Assembly: GCA_040757835.1 (NCBI GenBank)
Contig: JBFLWJ010000003.1
Location: 146,960 to 210,959, forward strand
Length of the DNA stretch: 64,000 nucleotides
From: Actinomycetota bacterium
GTDB lineage: Bacteria > Actinomycetota > Geothermincolia > Geothermincolales > RBG-13-55-18
Direction: 5' to 3'
Positions 31,468 through 40,710 of this stretch are shown one piece after another. The notes below the pieces were generated by a model. It ran no database searches and was not told where the DNA came from. It saw only the letters and a list, made by a program, of their open reading frames with translations. Numbering within the stretch: position 1 is the stretch's first letter; each line of letters begins with the position of its first letter. Both the position numbers and the translations under genes were made by a program.

Positions 31468-32367
31468 CTACACCTCCAGGAAGCGCCCGAGGGCATAGGC
31501 GCTGCCCAGGGCGCCGATGATCACGCCCATGACGATCATGACTGGGATGAGCACCCACAGCAGTCCGGGGGAAAGCGAGAGACGCAGGAACTCCAGGTTC
31601 TCGATGAGCTTGTCCAGTATCCAGACCTTGACGGACAGCACCACCAGGATGGCGACCAGCGCGCCCACCAGGCCCTCGAACACGCCCTCCATGATGAAAG
31701 GCCAGCGGATGAACCAGTTGGTGGCCCCCACCAGCTTCATGATTCCTATCTCCCTGCGCCGCGCGAAGATGGCGACCTGGATGGTCACCGAGACCAACAA
31801 CACGGCGATGATGGCCATGGCGATGACCCCGATGATGCCGATCTGGCGGAACTTGTCGAAGATGTTCTCCAGCTTCTCAATGGCCGAGCTGGCCGACTTG
31901 ATGTCCTCGATACGTTCGGGGTAAGGGGCGTTGTTCTGTATCTCCCCCACCACCTTGCCCACGTCCTTGGGGTCCTTGGTCATGACCTCAAACGAGTTTG
32001 GCAGCGGGTTCTCGGTGATGTATTCCCACAGCTCCGGCTGGTCCTTGAACCTCTCCTTGAACTCCTGCAGGGCCGTCTCCTTGTCCTTGAAGACCACCCT
32101 GTTCGGGTCCACCTCCGGGATGCTCACCAGGAACGCATATATGGCGTCGATCTCCTCCTGCAAGGCGAGGTCGGAGAGGTAGACGTCGACCTCCCCCACC
32201 TTGCGCTCGGCGTTCTTGATCATGTTGCTGAACATGTCCCAGCCCATGACCACCAGCCCCAGGATGCCCAGGGATACCGCCACCACGGCTATAGCCGCCA
32301 CGGCCAGGATGAGGTTCTTGCGCAGGGACCCCCAGGTCTCGGAGGCGAAGTAGGTTATCTTATTCAT
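31468..32367 (-). CDS. ftsX: cell division ABC transporter permease FtsX
   Basis: 299 aa; N-terminal TM, large extracytoplasmic loop, three C-terminal TMs; follows ftsE with 8-nt overlap. Confidence 0.85.
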   Translation of the reverse strand: MNKITYFASETWGSLRKNLILAVAAIAVVAVSLGILGLVVMGWDMFSNMIKNAERKVGEVDVYLSDLALQEEIDAIYAFLVSIPEVDPNRVVFKDKETALQEFKERFKDQPELWEYITENPLPNSFEVMTKDPKDVGKVVGEIQNNAPYPERIEDIKSASSAIEKLENIFDKFRQIGIIGVIAMAIIAVLLVSVTIQVAIFARRREIGIMKLVGATNWFIRWPFIMEGVFEGLVGALVAILVVLSVKVWILDKLIENLEFLRLSLSPGLLWVLIPVMIVMGVIIGALGSAYALGRFLEV

Positions 32368-33043
32368 ACCCGTACACGCCTCTGTCCTGGTCGCGGATGA
32401 TGCGCCCGTTCTCCATGGCGATGACCCGCTTACGGAAGGTGTCCACTATCCCTTTGTCGTGGGTGGCCATTATCACCGTGGTCCCGCTGTCGTTGATCTT
32501 TTCGAGCAGGCGCACGATGCCATCAGCCAGCGAGGGGTCCACGTTTCCCGTCGGCTCGTCGGCGAGGAGGATGGGGGGGCGGTTGATGAAGGCCCGCGCG
32601 ATGGCTACGCGCTGCTGCTCGCCGCCGGAGAGCTCGTCGGGGAAGGAGTCGAGCTTGTGGCCCAGGCCTACCAGCTTGAGCACTTCCGGCACCTGCTGCT
32701 CCGCCAAGCGGTGGGACTTGCCGGTAACCTCCATGGCGTAGGCGACGTTCTGGTATACGGTCTTATGGGGCAGGAGCTTGAAGTCCTGGAACACGCACCC
32801 GATCTTGCGGCGCAGGTAGGGCACCTTCCACTTGCGCAGCTGGTTGATGTTGGTGTCGGCGATGTAGATCTGCCCCCCGGTGGGCTCCTCTTCCTTGATC
32901 AACAGCTTGATGAAGGTGCTCTTCCCGGAGCCCGACGGCCCCACCAGGAAGGCGAACTCACCGCGCTCGATATCCACGGTGACGTCCTCGAGGGCGTAGA
33001 CGTTGCCCTTATATACCTTGGTGACCCTCCTCATCCGGATCAA
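32360..33043 (-). CDS. ftsE: cell division ATP-binding protein FtsE
   Basis: Walker A GPSGSGKST, ABC signature LSGGEQQRVAIARA, Walker B ILLADEPTGNVD. Confidence 0.9.
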   Translation of the reverse strand: MIRMRRVTKVYKGNVYALEDVTVDIERGEFAFLVGPSGSGKSTFIKLLIKEEEPTGGQIYIADTNINQLRKWKVPYLRRKIGCVFQDFKLLPHKTVYQNVAYAMEVTGKSHRLAEQQVPEVLKLVGLGHKLDSFPDELSGGEQQRVAIARAFINRPPILLADEPTGNVDPSLADGIVRLLEKINDSGTTVIMATHDKGIVDTFRKRVIAMENGRIIRDQDRGVYGYE

Positions 33044-33094
33044 ACCGTATCATCTCCTCCGCCGCGCTTCCCGGACGCCAACCGCATCATTTTA

Positions 33095-34036
33095 CTACCC
33101 GCAGAGGGCGCGTACCACTTCGGCGATGTGACGGGACCCTAGCTTGAAATGTTCCACAAGCTCGTCCGCCGTGCCCGAAGTACCGAAGGTGTCCCTGATG
33201 CCCACCCTGCGCATGGGCAGGGGCATCTCCTCTCCCAAGAGTTCGGCGACCGCGCCTCCCATCCCTCCCATGACCGAATGTTCCTCGCAGGTCACCACGC
33301 GCCCCGTGCGCGCGGCCGAAGCCAGGATACCCTCCGCGTCCAGGGGTTTTATGGTGTGCACGTCGATGACCTCGGCCTCTGTGCCCTCCGCCGCCAGCTC
33401 TTCCGCCGCCTCCAGCGCCTTGTGCACCATGAAACCACAGGCGAGTACGGTGACGTCCCGTCCCGGGCGCAGCACCAGGGCCTTGCCGAACTCGAAGCGG
33501 TAATCCTCGCCGAAGATCACCGGCACTTTGGGGCGGCCGATGCGCACGTAGACCGGTCCCTCGATGGCGGCCGCCGCCTTCACGGCCTCGCGGGTCTCGT
33601 AAAAGTCGGCGGGGACGATGACTTTCATGCGCGGCACCGCCCGCATCAACGCGATGTCCTCGAGCGCCTGGTGGGACGAGCCGTCCTCGCCTACGGTGAT
33701 GCCGCCGTGGCTGGCGCAGATCTTCACGTTCAGGTCGGAGTAGGCGATGGTATTGCGCACCTGGTCGTAGGCGCGCCCGGTGGCGAAGATGGCGAAGGTG
33801 GAGGCGAAGGCGATCTTGCCCACGGCGGCCAGGCCGGCCGCGGTGGCCATGAGGTTCTGCTCCGCAACGCCGCAGTCCACGAAACGGTCCGGGAAGCTCT
33901 TCTTGAACTTCTCCGTCTGGGTGGACTTGGCCAGGTCGGCGTCGAGCACCACGACGCGCTGGTCCCTCTCCCCCAGTTCCAGCAGGGCGGCGGCATAGCC
34001 GTCCCGCGTGTTCTTCATCTCCGTCGACGCCTTCAT
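33095..34036 (-). CDS. transketolase, C-terminal (pyrimidine-binding) subunit
   Basis: Starts at Met107 of the longer ORF ([22 protein letters not shown]...); ATGA overlap with the N-terminal subunit stop at 34033-34036. Confidence 0.85.
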   Translation of the reverse strand: MKASTEMKNTRDGYAAALLELGERDQRVVVLDADLAKSTQTEKFKKSFPDRFVDCGVAEQNLMATAAGLAAVGKIAFASTFAIFATGRAYDQVRNTIAYSDLNVKICASHGGITVGEDGSSHQALEDIALMRAVPRMKVIVPADFYETREAVKAAAAIEGPVYVRIGRPKVPVIFGEDYRFEFGKALVLRPGRDVTVLACGFMVHKALEAAEELAAEGTEAEVIDVHTIKPLDAEGILASAARTGRVVTCEEHSVMGGMGGAVAELLGEEMPLPMRRVGIRDTFGTSGTADELVEHFKLGSRHIAEVVRALCG

Positions 34037-34935
34037 GAGCCCTCGATCTCCCTCAGCGCCTCCTCCATCTCCTCGGGCGTGGGCGCCTTGCCGTGGAAGT
34101 CCACCTTGTTCTCCATGAAAGAGACCCCCTTGCCCTTGATGGTGTGGGCCACGATCATCGCCGGACGGTCCACGGCCGTGGCGCGGTCCAGTGCCCCGCA
34201 GACCTCCATGATGTCGTGGCCGTCCACCTCCTCCACCTCCCAGCCGAAGGAACGCCACCTGGCCGCGATATCCCCGAGGTCGATTATCTCGCAGCAGTCG
34301 CCATCTATCTGCAGGCCGTTGTTGTCCAGCACGGCGACGAGGTTGTCGAGGCACTGGTGATTCGCCAGCATGGCGGCCTCCCAGATGCTCCCCTCCTGGC
34401 TCTCACCGTCGCCCACCAGCGCGTAGACCCGCGCAGGGTTGCCGTCCATGCGCAGGCCCAGGGCCATGCCGCACGCCGCCGCCAGCCCCTGTCCCAGTGA
34501 ACCGGTGGAGATCTCCACCCCCGGGGTCTTGAGGCGGTCGGGGTGTCCCTGCAGGATGGAGCCCAGGCGGCGGAGGTGCCACAGCTCCTCGCGGTCGAAG
34601 TAGCCGCACCTCGCCAGCACCGCGTAGAGGGCGGGGGCGGCATGTCCCTTGGAGAGCACGAAGCGGTCGCGGTCGGCCCAGTCCGGGTTCAGCGGGTCGT
34701 GGTTCATGGCATGGAAATACAGGCAGACCAGTATGTCCGCGCAGGAGAGAGAACCCCCCGGGTGGCCGCTCTGGGCCAGCCCGATCATGCGCACGATGTC
34801 CCAGCGTACGTCCCTGGCAATACCTTCCAGACGTTCCCGGAGCTTGTCGTCCGCCTTCTGCAAAACGACCCCTTTCGATCCTTGCGCGGGGCGTCCACGC
34901 TCCCGTCCCGGCCTCTCCGGCGGCCTGTCCCTCAA
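34033..34935 (-). CDS. transketolase, N-terminal (TPP-binding) subunit
   Basis: ...SGHPGGSLS... GDGE..EGS..EA (TPP-binding motif [13 protein letters not shown]). Exact start uncertain (GTG ~34870 possible). Confidence 0.85.
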   Translation of the reverse strand: MRDRPPERPGRERGRPAQGSKGVVLQKADDKLRERLEGIARDVRWDIVRMIGLAQSGHPGGSLSCADILVCLYFHAMNHDPLNPDWADRDRFVLSKGHAAPALYAVLARCGYFDREELWHLRRLGSILQGHPDRLKTPGVEISTGSLGQGLAAACGMALGLRMDGNPARVYALVGDGESQEGSIWEAAMLANHQCLDNLVAVLDNNGLQIDGDCCEIIDLGDIAARWRSFGWEVEEVDGHDIMEVCGALDRATAVDRPAMIVAHTIKGKGVSFMENKVDFHGKAPTPEEMEEALREIEGS

Positions 34936-35072
34936 CCGTTGCCCAGACCTTTGTCCCGTGACGCGAGTAAACCCTCCAGGCTCTCGAGGGAGTAGTTTAT
35001 CACGCTCAGAGGAGCCACGTCAGTTCCCGTGATATTTCGACCGCGCGAAAAGATTCTCCTGCAAAATCCAAG

Positions 35073-35197
35073 GGGTCAGGTCTTGTCTCTTGGATACTCC
35101 GGTATGTATTCCATTAAATACCATATTTCACCTCGTTAACCAGCGCTTTTGTAAGCAGCATTCCGATGTGCGCATCATAAAAACAAGACCTTACCCC
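35073..35197. repeat. MITE/ERIC-like element R2
   Basis: GGGGTCAGGTCTTGTCTCTTGGATACTCCGGTATG...CATAAAAACAAGACCTTACCCC; fills the tkt-prfB spacer, abutting the prfB stop. Confidence 0.7.
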
Positions 35198-36299
35198 TTA
35201 ACGCGCGGCTTTCCAGCGCAGGTAGGCGTCTATGAGTTCGTCGAGGTCGCCGTCGAGCACCGCGTCCACGTTGCCTATCTCCAGGTCGGTGCGGTGGTCC
35301 TTGGCCATGCGGTAGGGGTGCAGCACGTAGGAGCGTATCTGGCTCCCGAAACCGATGCCCATCTTCTCCCCCCGCAGCTTCTCGATCTCCTTCTCGCGCT
35401 CGCGGCGGGCGAGGTCGGCGAGGCGGGCCTCGAGGATACGCATGGCCGTGGCGCGGTTGGATATCTGCGAGCGCTCGTTCTGGCACGACACCACCACTCC
35501 CGTGGGCAGGTGGGTGATGCGCACGGCGGAGTCGGTGACGTTGACGTGCTGCCCTCCAGCACCGCTCGAACGGTAGGTCTCGACCCGCAAGTCCTTGGGG
35601 TCGATCTCGATGCTCTCCTCCTTGTCCAGCATGGGGATCACGTCCAGGGACGCGAAGGAGGTGTGACGGCGGCTCGAGGCGTCGTAGGGGGATATGCGCA
35701 CCAGGCGGTGCACGCCTTTCTCGGAGAGGAAGAGCCCGTAAGCGAAGCGGCCGTGTACGGTGAAGGTGGCGCTCTTGATGCCGCCGCCCTCGCCCGGCTG
35801 CAGGTCGTTGAGATCGGCCTTGAAGCCGCGCGCGTCGGCCCAGCGCAAGTACATTCGCAGCAGCATCTCCGCCCAGTCCTGCGACTCCAGACCCCCGGCC
35901 CCGGGGTGGATGCTGACGATGGCGTCGTGGGAGTCGAACTCGCCCGAGAGCAGGCTCTCCTCCTCGAGGCGGTCCACCTCCCGCTGCAGCCTGGCTACAC
36001 CCTTCCCGATATCGGTGGTCAGGCTGGCATCGTTCTCGTCTTGCGCCAGTTGAGCGAGCTCCTCGAGTTCCCTCCGCTCCGACGCCAGCCTCTCCCAGGT
36101 CTCCACGGTGTCCTTTAAAGCCGAGAGCCGCCCCAGGACGCGGCGTGCGTTGTCCTGGTCGTCCCAGAGGTCCGGGCGGGCGGACTCTTTCTCCAACTCC
36201 TCCGCCTCCGCCCGCTTTCCCTCTATGTCAAAGATACTCCTTTATCTTGACCAGCCTTCCCGCGATCTCCTCCAGCTCGCTGCGGTAATCACTCAGCAC
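35198..36299 (-). CDS. prfB: peptide chain release factor 2, requires programmed +1 ribosomal frameshift
   Basis: Frame 0: GTG(36299) LSDYRSELEEIAGRLVKIKEYL then CTT-TGA-C. +1 frame continues DIEGKRAEAEELEKESARPDLWDD... through SPYD and GGQHVNVTDSAVRITHLPTGV (GGQ motif). ORF-track lists only the 332-aa downstream frame. Confidence 0.9.
36224..36245 (-). promoter_or_regulatory. RF2 autoregulatory +1 frameshift site: internal SD (AGGAG) + CUU UGA C
   Basis: Minus strand: AAAGGAGTATCTTTGACATAG; SD-like AGGAG 3 nt upstream of CUU, in-frame UGA followed by C. This is the canonical RF2 frameshift signature. Confidence 0.85.
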
Positions 36300-36343
36300 A
36301 TCTCTCTCCTTATCCCTATGTCTTTGCGCCTACTTGTCGCTTG

Positions 36344-36500
36344 TATCGCGTAAGCCAGCCCTTTCGCGAAGCGGAAGGCATATTGCGAGGAGGCGAAGCC
36401 GTCGTGGCAAGCTCGATAGACCGGCACGCCTCAACATGATGCCTCCTCGCGGCGGTGTCCAGCGCCAGTCCCGGCGCTTCCAGGCCTGACCTGGCACGTG
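36344..36500. repeat. copy B of 'S element' (long form), in the secA-prfB spacer
   Basis: TATCGCGTAAGCCAGCCCTTTCGCG...GCGAGGAGGC...GCCTCCTCGC...GGCGGTGTCCAGCGCCAGTCCCGGCGCTTCCAGGCCTGACCTGGCACGTGTACG. 3' end runs into the secA stop codon; 5' end is ~45 nt from the prfB GTG. Confidence 0.7.
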
Positions 36501-36507
36501 TACGTCC

Positions 36508-39123
36508 TCAGGATCCGCAACAATTCTTGTACTTCTTCCCGCTCCCGCAGGGGCAGGGGGCGTTTCGGCCCACCTTCTGGGAACGGGCGGCGGCCTTCTT
36601 CCCGCCGCCTTCCCTGCCCCCCTCCTCGACCACGCGCAGGGCTGGCCTCTCGTCGGCCCTCACCACCTTGACGTGGAACATGTAGCGCAGAAACTCCTCC
36701 TGGATGCCGGCGATGAGCTCCTGGAAGGTCGCGAAGGCCTCGTTCTGGTATTCCACCAGGGGATCGCGGCCCGCGAAGGAACGCAATCCCACGCTGTCGC
36801 GCAGGTGGTCCATGTCGTAAAGGTGGTCGCGCCATCGATTGTCGATGACCCGCAGCATGACCAGGCGTTCCAGCTCTCGCATATCGCGCCCCGACTCCGC
36901 GAACTCCGCCTCCCTCGCACCGTAGGCCTCGAGGGCATCCTCCACCAGGGCGGCCTCCAGTGCCCCGTAGGACACCGCCTCGAGGTCGATACTCCCGGGG
37001 TCGAAGCTCACCGGGTACAGAGCCTGCAGGCTGTGGAAGAGGCTCTCCATGTCCCAATCCGTAGGGTGATCACTGGGGTCGATGTGCCTCTCCAGGATGG
37101 CCGCGACGGCCTCGGGGATCATCTCCTCGGCGCGCGCATGCAGGTCCTCTCCCTGGAGCAGGCGCTCGCGCTCGGCATAGATAACCTCCCTCTGGGTGTT
37201 CATCACGTCGTCGTACTTGAGGAGGTTCTTGCGCACCTCGAAGTTGTTGGCCTCCACGTTCTTCTGGGCCGTCTCGATGGCCTTGGTGACCATCTTGTTG
37301 TCGATGGGCATGTCGTCCGGCAAACGCAGCCTGTCCATGAGCGAGGCTACCGTCGAGGAAGCGAAGATGCGCATGAGGTCGTCCTCCAGGGAGAGGTAGA
37401 AACGGGACAGTCCGGGGTCGCCCTGGCGCCCGGAGCGCCCGCGCAACTGGTTGTCAATGCGCCGCGCCTCGTGGCGTTCCGTCCCCAGCACATAGAGGCC
37501 TCCCGCCTCGACGACCTTCTTCTTCTCCTCCTCACACTCACGCCGCGTCTCCTCGAGGACCTCCGCGTATTCCTCCTCACTCACTTCCTCCCTCCCCGCC
37601 AGCTTCTGCCGGGCGAGCATTTCCGGGTTCCCACCCAGCATGATGTCGGTGCCGCGGCCGGCCATGTTGGTAGCTATGGTCACCGCCCCCAGGCGCCCCG
37701 CCTGGGCCACGATCTCCGCCTCGCGCGCGTGGTGCTTGGCGTTGAGGACCTGGTGGGGTATGCCCCTCTTCTTGAGCATTCCCGAGAGGCGCTCGGACTT
37801 CTCGATGGAGATGGTGCCCACCAGGACCGGCTGTCCTTTCTCATAGCAAGCGGCTATGTCCTCGACCACGGCTCTGAACTTGGCCTCCTCCCCCTTGTAG
37901 ATGAGGTCGTTCACGTCGTCGCGGACCATGGGCAGGTTGGTGGGTATCTCCACCACCTCCAGCCCGTATATCTCCTCGAACTCGCCGGCCTCGGTGGCCG
38001 CGGTCCCGGTCATGCCCGCCAGCTTGTCGTACATGCGGAAAAAGTTCTGAAGGGTGATGGTGGCCAGGGTCTGGTTCTCCTGCCGCACCTTGAGACCTTC
38101 CTTGGCCTCCACAGCCTGGTGCAGGCCGTCGCTCCAGCGGCGCCCGGGCATGAGGCGGCCGGTGAACTCGTCCACGATGACCACCTGCCCCTCCGTGACC
38201 ACGTAGTCCACGTCGCGGCGGTAATGTTCCTTTGCCTTGAGGGCGTTCTGCATGTGGTGGACCAGGGGGGTGTTGAGGTGGTCGTAGAGGTTCTCCAGCC
38301 CCAGTATCGTCTCCACCTTGTGGATGCCCTCCTCGGTGATGGAGACGGTGCGCGTCTTCTCCTCGATCTCGTAGTCCTCCCCCAGCTTCAGCCGCGGCGC
38401 CACCTGCGCGAACTGGCGGTAGAGGCGCGCCGACTCCTCGGCCGCCCCGGAGATGATCAGGGGGGTGCGCGCCTCGTCGATGAGGATGGAGTCGACCTCG
38501 TCCACTATGGCGTAATTGTGGCCCCGCTGCACCATGCGGTCCGGCCTTATCTCCAGGTTGTCCCGCAGGTAATCGAAGCCGAACTCGTTGTTGGTGCCAT
38601 AGGTGAGGTCCGCGCCGTAGGCCACCATGCGCTCTTCCTTGGGCATCTGGGCCTGGATGAGCCCCACGTCGAGGCCCAGGAACGAGTAGATGGCGCCCAT
38701 CCACTCGCTGTCGCGGCGGGCCAGGTAGTCGTTGACCGTAACCACGTGGACCCCCTTGCCCTCCAGGGCGTTGAGGTAGACGGCCAGGGTGGCCACCAGG
38801 GTCTTGCCCTCGCCCGTCTTCATCTCGGCGATCTTGCCCTGGTGGAGGACGATGCCCCCCATGATCTGCACGTCGAAATGGCGCTGTCCAAGGGTGCGCA
38901 CCGCCGCCTCCCTCACCGCGGCAAAGGCCTCCGGGAGCAGCTCGTCCAGGGTGGCCCCGTCCCGGATCCTCTCGCGGAACCGCTCCGTGCCGGCGCGCAG
39001 TTCGGCGTCGCTCATCCGCTGCACCTCGGGCTCCAGCGCGTTCACCGCCTGCACGACCTCGGCGAGCTGTTCCAGGCGCTTGCGCTCTCCCATGCGCAGT
39101 ACTTTTCCGAAGGCCTTGAGCAA
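36508..39123 (-). CDS. secA: preprotein translocase ATPase SecA
   Basis: 871 aa; DEAD-like motor motifs ([36 protein letters not shown]), C-terminal zinc-binding tail [15 protein letters not shown]. Confidence 0.95.
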   Translation of the reverse strand: MLKAFGKVLRMGERKRLEQLAEVVQAVNALEPEVQRMSDAELRAGTERFRERIRDGATLDELLPEAFAAVREAAVRTLGQRHFDVQIMGGIVLHQGKIAEMKTGEGKTLVATLAVYLNALEGKGVHVVTVNDYLARRDSEWMGAIYSFLGLDVGLIQAQMPKEERMVAYGADLTYGTNNEFGFDYLRDNLEIRPDRMVQRGHNYAIVDEVDSILIDEARTPLIISGAAEESARLYRQFAQVAPRLKLGEDYEIEEKTRTVSITEEGIHKVETILGLENLYDHLNTPLVHHMQNALKAKEHYRRDVDYVVTEGQVVIVDEFTGRLMPGRRWSDGLHQAVEAKEGLKVRQENQTLATITLQNFFRMYDKLAGMTGTAATEAGEFEEIYGLEVVEIPTNLPMVRDDVNDLIYKGEEAKFRAVVEDIAACYEKGQPVLVGTISIEKSERLSGMLKKRGIPHQVLNAKHHAREAEIVAQAGRLGAVTIATNMAGRGTDIMLGGNPEMLARQKLAGREEVSEEEYAEVLEETRRECEEEKKKVVEAGGLYVLGTERHEARRIDNQLRGRSGRQGDPGLSRFYLSLEDDLMRIFASSTVASLMDRLRLPDDMPIDNKMVTKAIETAQKNVEANNFEVRKNLLKYDDVMNTQREVIYAERERLLQGEDLHARAEEMIPEAVAAILERHIDPSDHPTDWDMESLFHSLQALYPVSFDPGSIDLEAVSYGALEAALVEDALEAYGAREAEFAESGRDMRELERLVMLRVIDNRWRDHLYDMDHLRDSVGLRSFAGRDPLVEYQNEAFATFQELIAGIQEEFLRYMFHVKVVRADERPALRVVEEGGREGGGKKAAARSQKVGRNAPCPCGSGKKYKNCCGS

Positions 39124-39189
39124 GAGACGTCACTCCTCTTCAGCTATGAATGTAATTGTATTCATGTCTCCAAATATAGCGGACTCCCA

Positions 39190-39313
39190 GGGGTCAGGTC
39201 CTGTCTTTTACCTATTACGCCGTGAAGGCGTACACATAAGTGCTGGTCACAAGCGGGCATATGCCCAAAGCCCCTTGAGATACCCGAGTATCCAAGAAAC
39301 AAGACCTGACCCC
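39190..39313. repeat. MITE/ERIC-like element R3
   Basis: GGGGTCAGGTCCTGTCTTTTACC...GAGATACCCGAGTATCCAAGAAACAAGACCTGACCCC; in the spacer between the HD-protein gene and secA. Confidence 0.7.
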
Positions 39314-39324
39314 TTAGACGGGGG

Positions 39325-40710
39325 TTAGTCCTCGTCCCTGAATATCTCCTCGAAACTCTCCTTCAGCTCTTCCTCCTCCAGCACCCTGGCCCTCTGCGTG
39401 ATCTCCCTCTCCGGCCGCCGGCGTGCCTTCGTCTGGGACTCCACCACCTGCGAGAGGGTACGCAGCACGATGGAATCGTAGAGCTTGCCCCGCTCCATGC
39501 TCATCTCCTCCAGGGCCTCCTGGGGAGCGAGCGCCTTCTTCGGCTGGCTGGTCAGCACGTCGTAATCGCTGACCACACCGATTATCTTCGACCCCGTGGG
39601 GATGTGTGCGGTTCCCGCCTCCAGGTCGGAGGCCGGGTGGCAATGCCGGACGATGTGAGCGATGGGCCGCAGGCGCGCCACCTGCTCCAGCACCTCGGCC
39701 CCCTTCTCGGCATGGCCGGGGGCTTCCACGTCACCCTCGTACTCTATGCGCCCGATATCGTGCAGGGCGGCCGCATACCGGATGTTGCGCGTCTCCTCCG
39801 CCGACACGCCCATCTCCCGCGCCACCTCCGCCGCAAGGTTGCTCACGCGGCCGGAATGCCCCGGCAGGCCACGGGAGATGTCGAAGGCATCGCCGACCAC
39901 GCGCATGGTCTGGAAATACCTCTCGTCGAGCTCCTTGTCCCGGTTCGATTCCAGGCGCACCAGCAGCAGGGGGATGAAGAAGATGAGGAAGTTCAACCAG
40001 GGCACGCGCGGAAAGTACAGGGCCATGAGGGCCCCCGCGCCGGTGATGGCCAGGTAGATGGGAAGGGTCTGCCGCATGTGCTGGGGCAGCACGATACGCC
40101 AGTTGCCGCCCAGCTGCATAGAGGTCTCGATGGACGAGGTGAGCATCTCACCCAGGTAGAAGACGAGGGCCATGACCAGAAAGGCGATGGGGAACACCAG
40201 GGCCCTCTGCAGTACAACCGGATTGTAATAGGTGTGGAACTCCAGGACCCCGTTGGTCACCGTGGCGGGACCGGGGCCGTAGAGGGTGGCGGGGTAAGGA
40301 TTCCATATCGCCTCCCATCCGAGGTTGGCGATGAACTGATAGATGACCCCGGCCAGAGCCACTATGTAGGTGCGCTGCACGATGTGGAAAAAATCGCCTT
40401 CGCCCGAGCGTTGGATACGCGCGAAAGCCCGGCCCAGCAGGCTTCCCACCAGGAAGATGAAGACCACTTCCGGCACCGGCCGGATGGCGATGATGCACAG
40501 GACGGCGGCCATGCCCAGGCGCAGGGGCCTCCCCCAGGGGAACTGCACCCTCCATGCCTCGCAGAAGGCGAGTACCGCCACCAAGCCGAAGGTGCGCGCG
40601 GGGTCCATGTCCCCCAGCTTTGAGAAGAAGAAGGGGGCACACACCCCCAGGGTCACCAGGAAGATGGCGACGGAGACGTACTGCAGCGCCTTCATGCGCT
40701 TGTCGTTCAT
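39325..40710 (-). CDS. membrane-anchored HD-domain protein (7TM-receptor-with-HD-hydrolase architecture; HD-GYP signature degenerate)
   Basis: ~250-aa polytopic N-terminal domain, then HD domain (...ALHDIGRI...). The HHExxDGxGYP motif is not conserved (RHCHPASDLEAGTAH). Confidence 0.7.
   Translation of the reverse strand: MNDKRMKALQYVSVAIFLVTLGVCAPFFFSKLGDMDPARTFGLVAVLAFCEAWRVQFPWGRPLRLGMAAVLCIIAIRPVPEVVFIFLVGSLLGRAFARIQRSGEGDFFHIVQRTYIVALAGVIYQFIANLGWEAIWNPYPATLYGPGPATVTNGVLEFHTYYNPVVLQRALVFPIAFLVMALVFYLGEMLTSSIETSMQLGGNWRIVLPQHMRQTLPIYLAITGAGALMALYFPRVPWLNFLIFFIPLLLVRLESNRDKELDERYFQTMRVVGDAFDISRGLPGHSGRVSNLAAEVAREMGVSAEETRNIRYAAALHDIGRIEYEGDVEAPGHAEKGAEVLEQVARLRPIAHIVRHCHPASDLEAGTAHIPTGSKIIGVVSDYDVLTSQPKKALAPQEALEEMSMERGKLYDSIVLRTLSQVVESQTKARRRPEREITQRARVLEEEELKESFEEIFRDED

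Noticed and set aside
36673-39225. 850-aa plus-strand ORF antisense to secA (and similar long antisense ORFs at 2869-4221, 45995-47812, 62172-63851, 22059-23417, 18604-19863)
   Set aside because: Same reasoning: compositionally biased, no motifs, each fully overlapped by a well-supported gene on the other strand.
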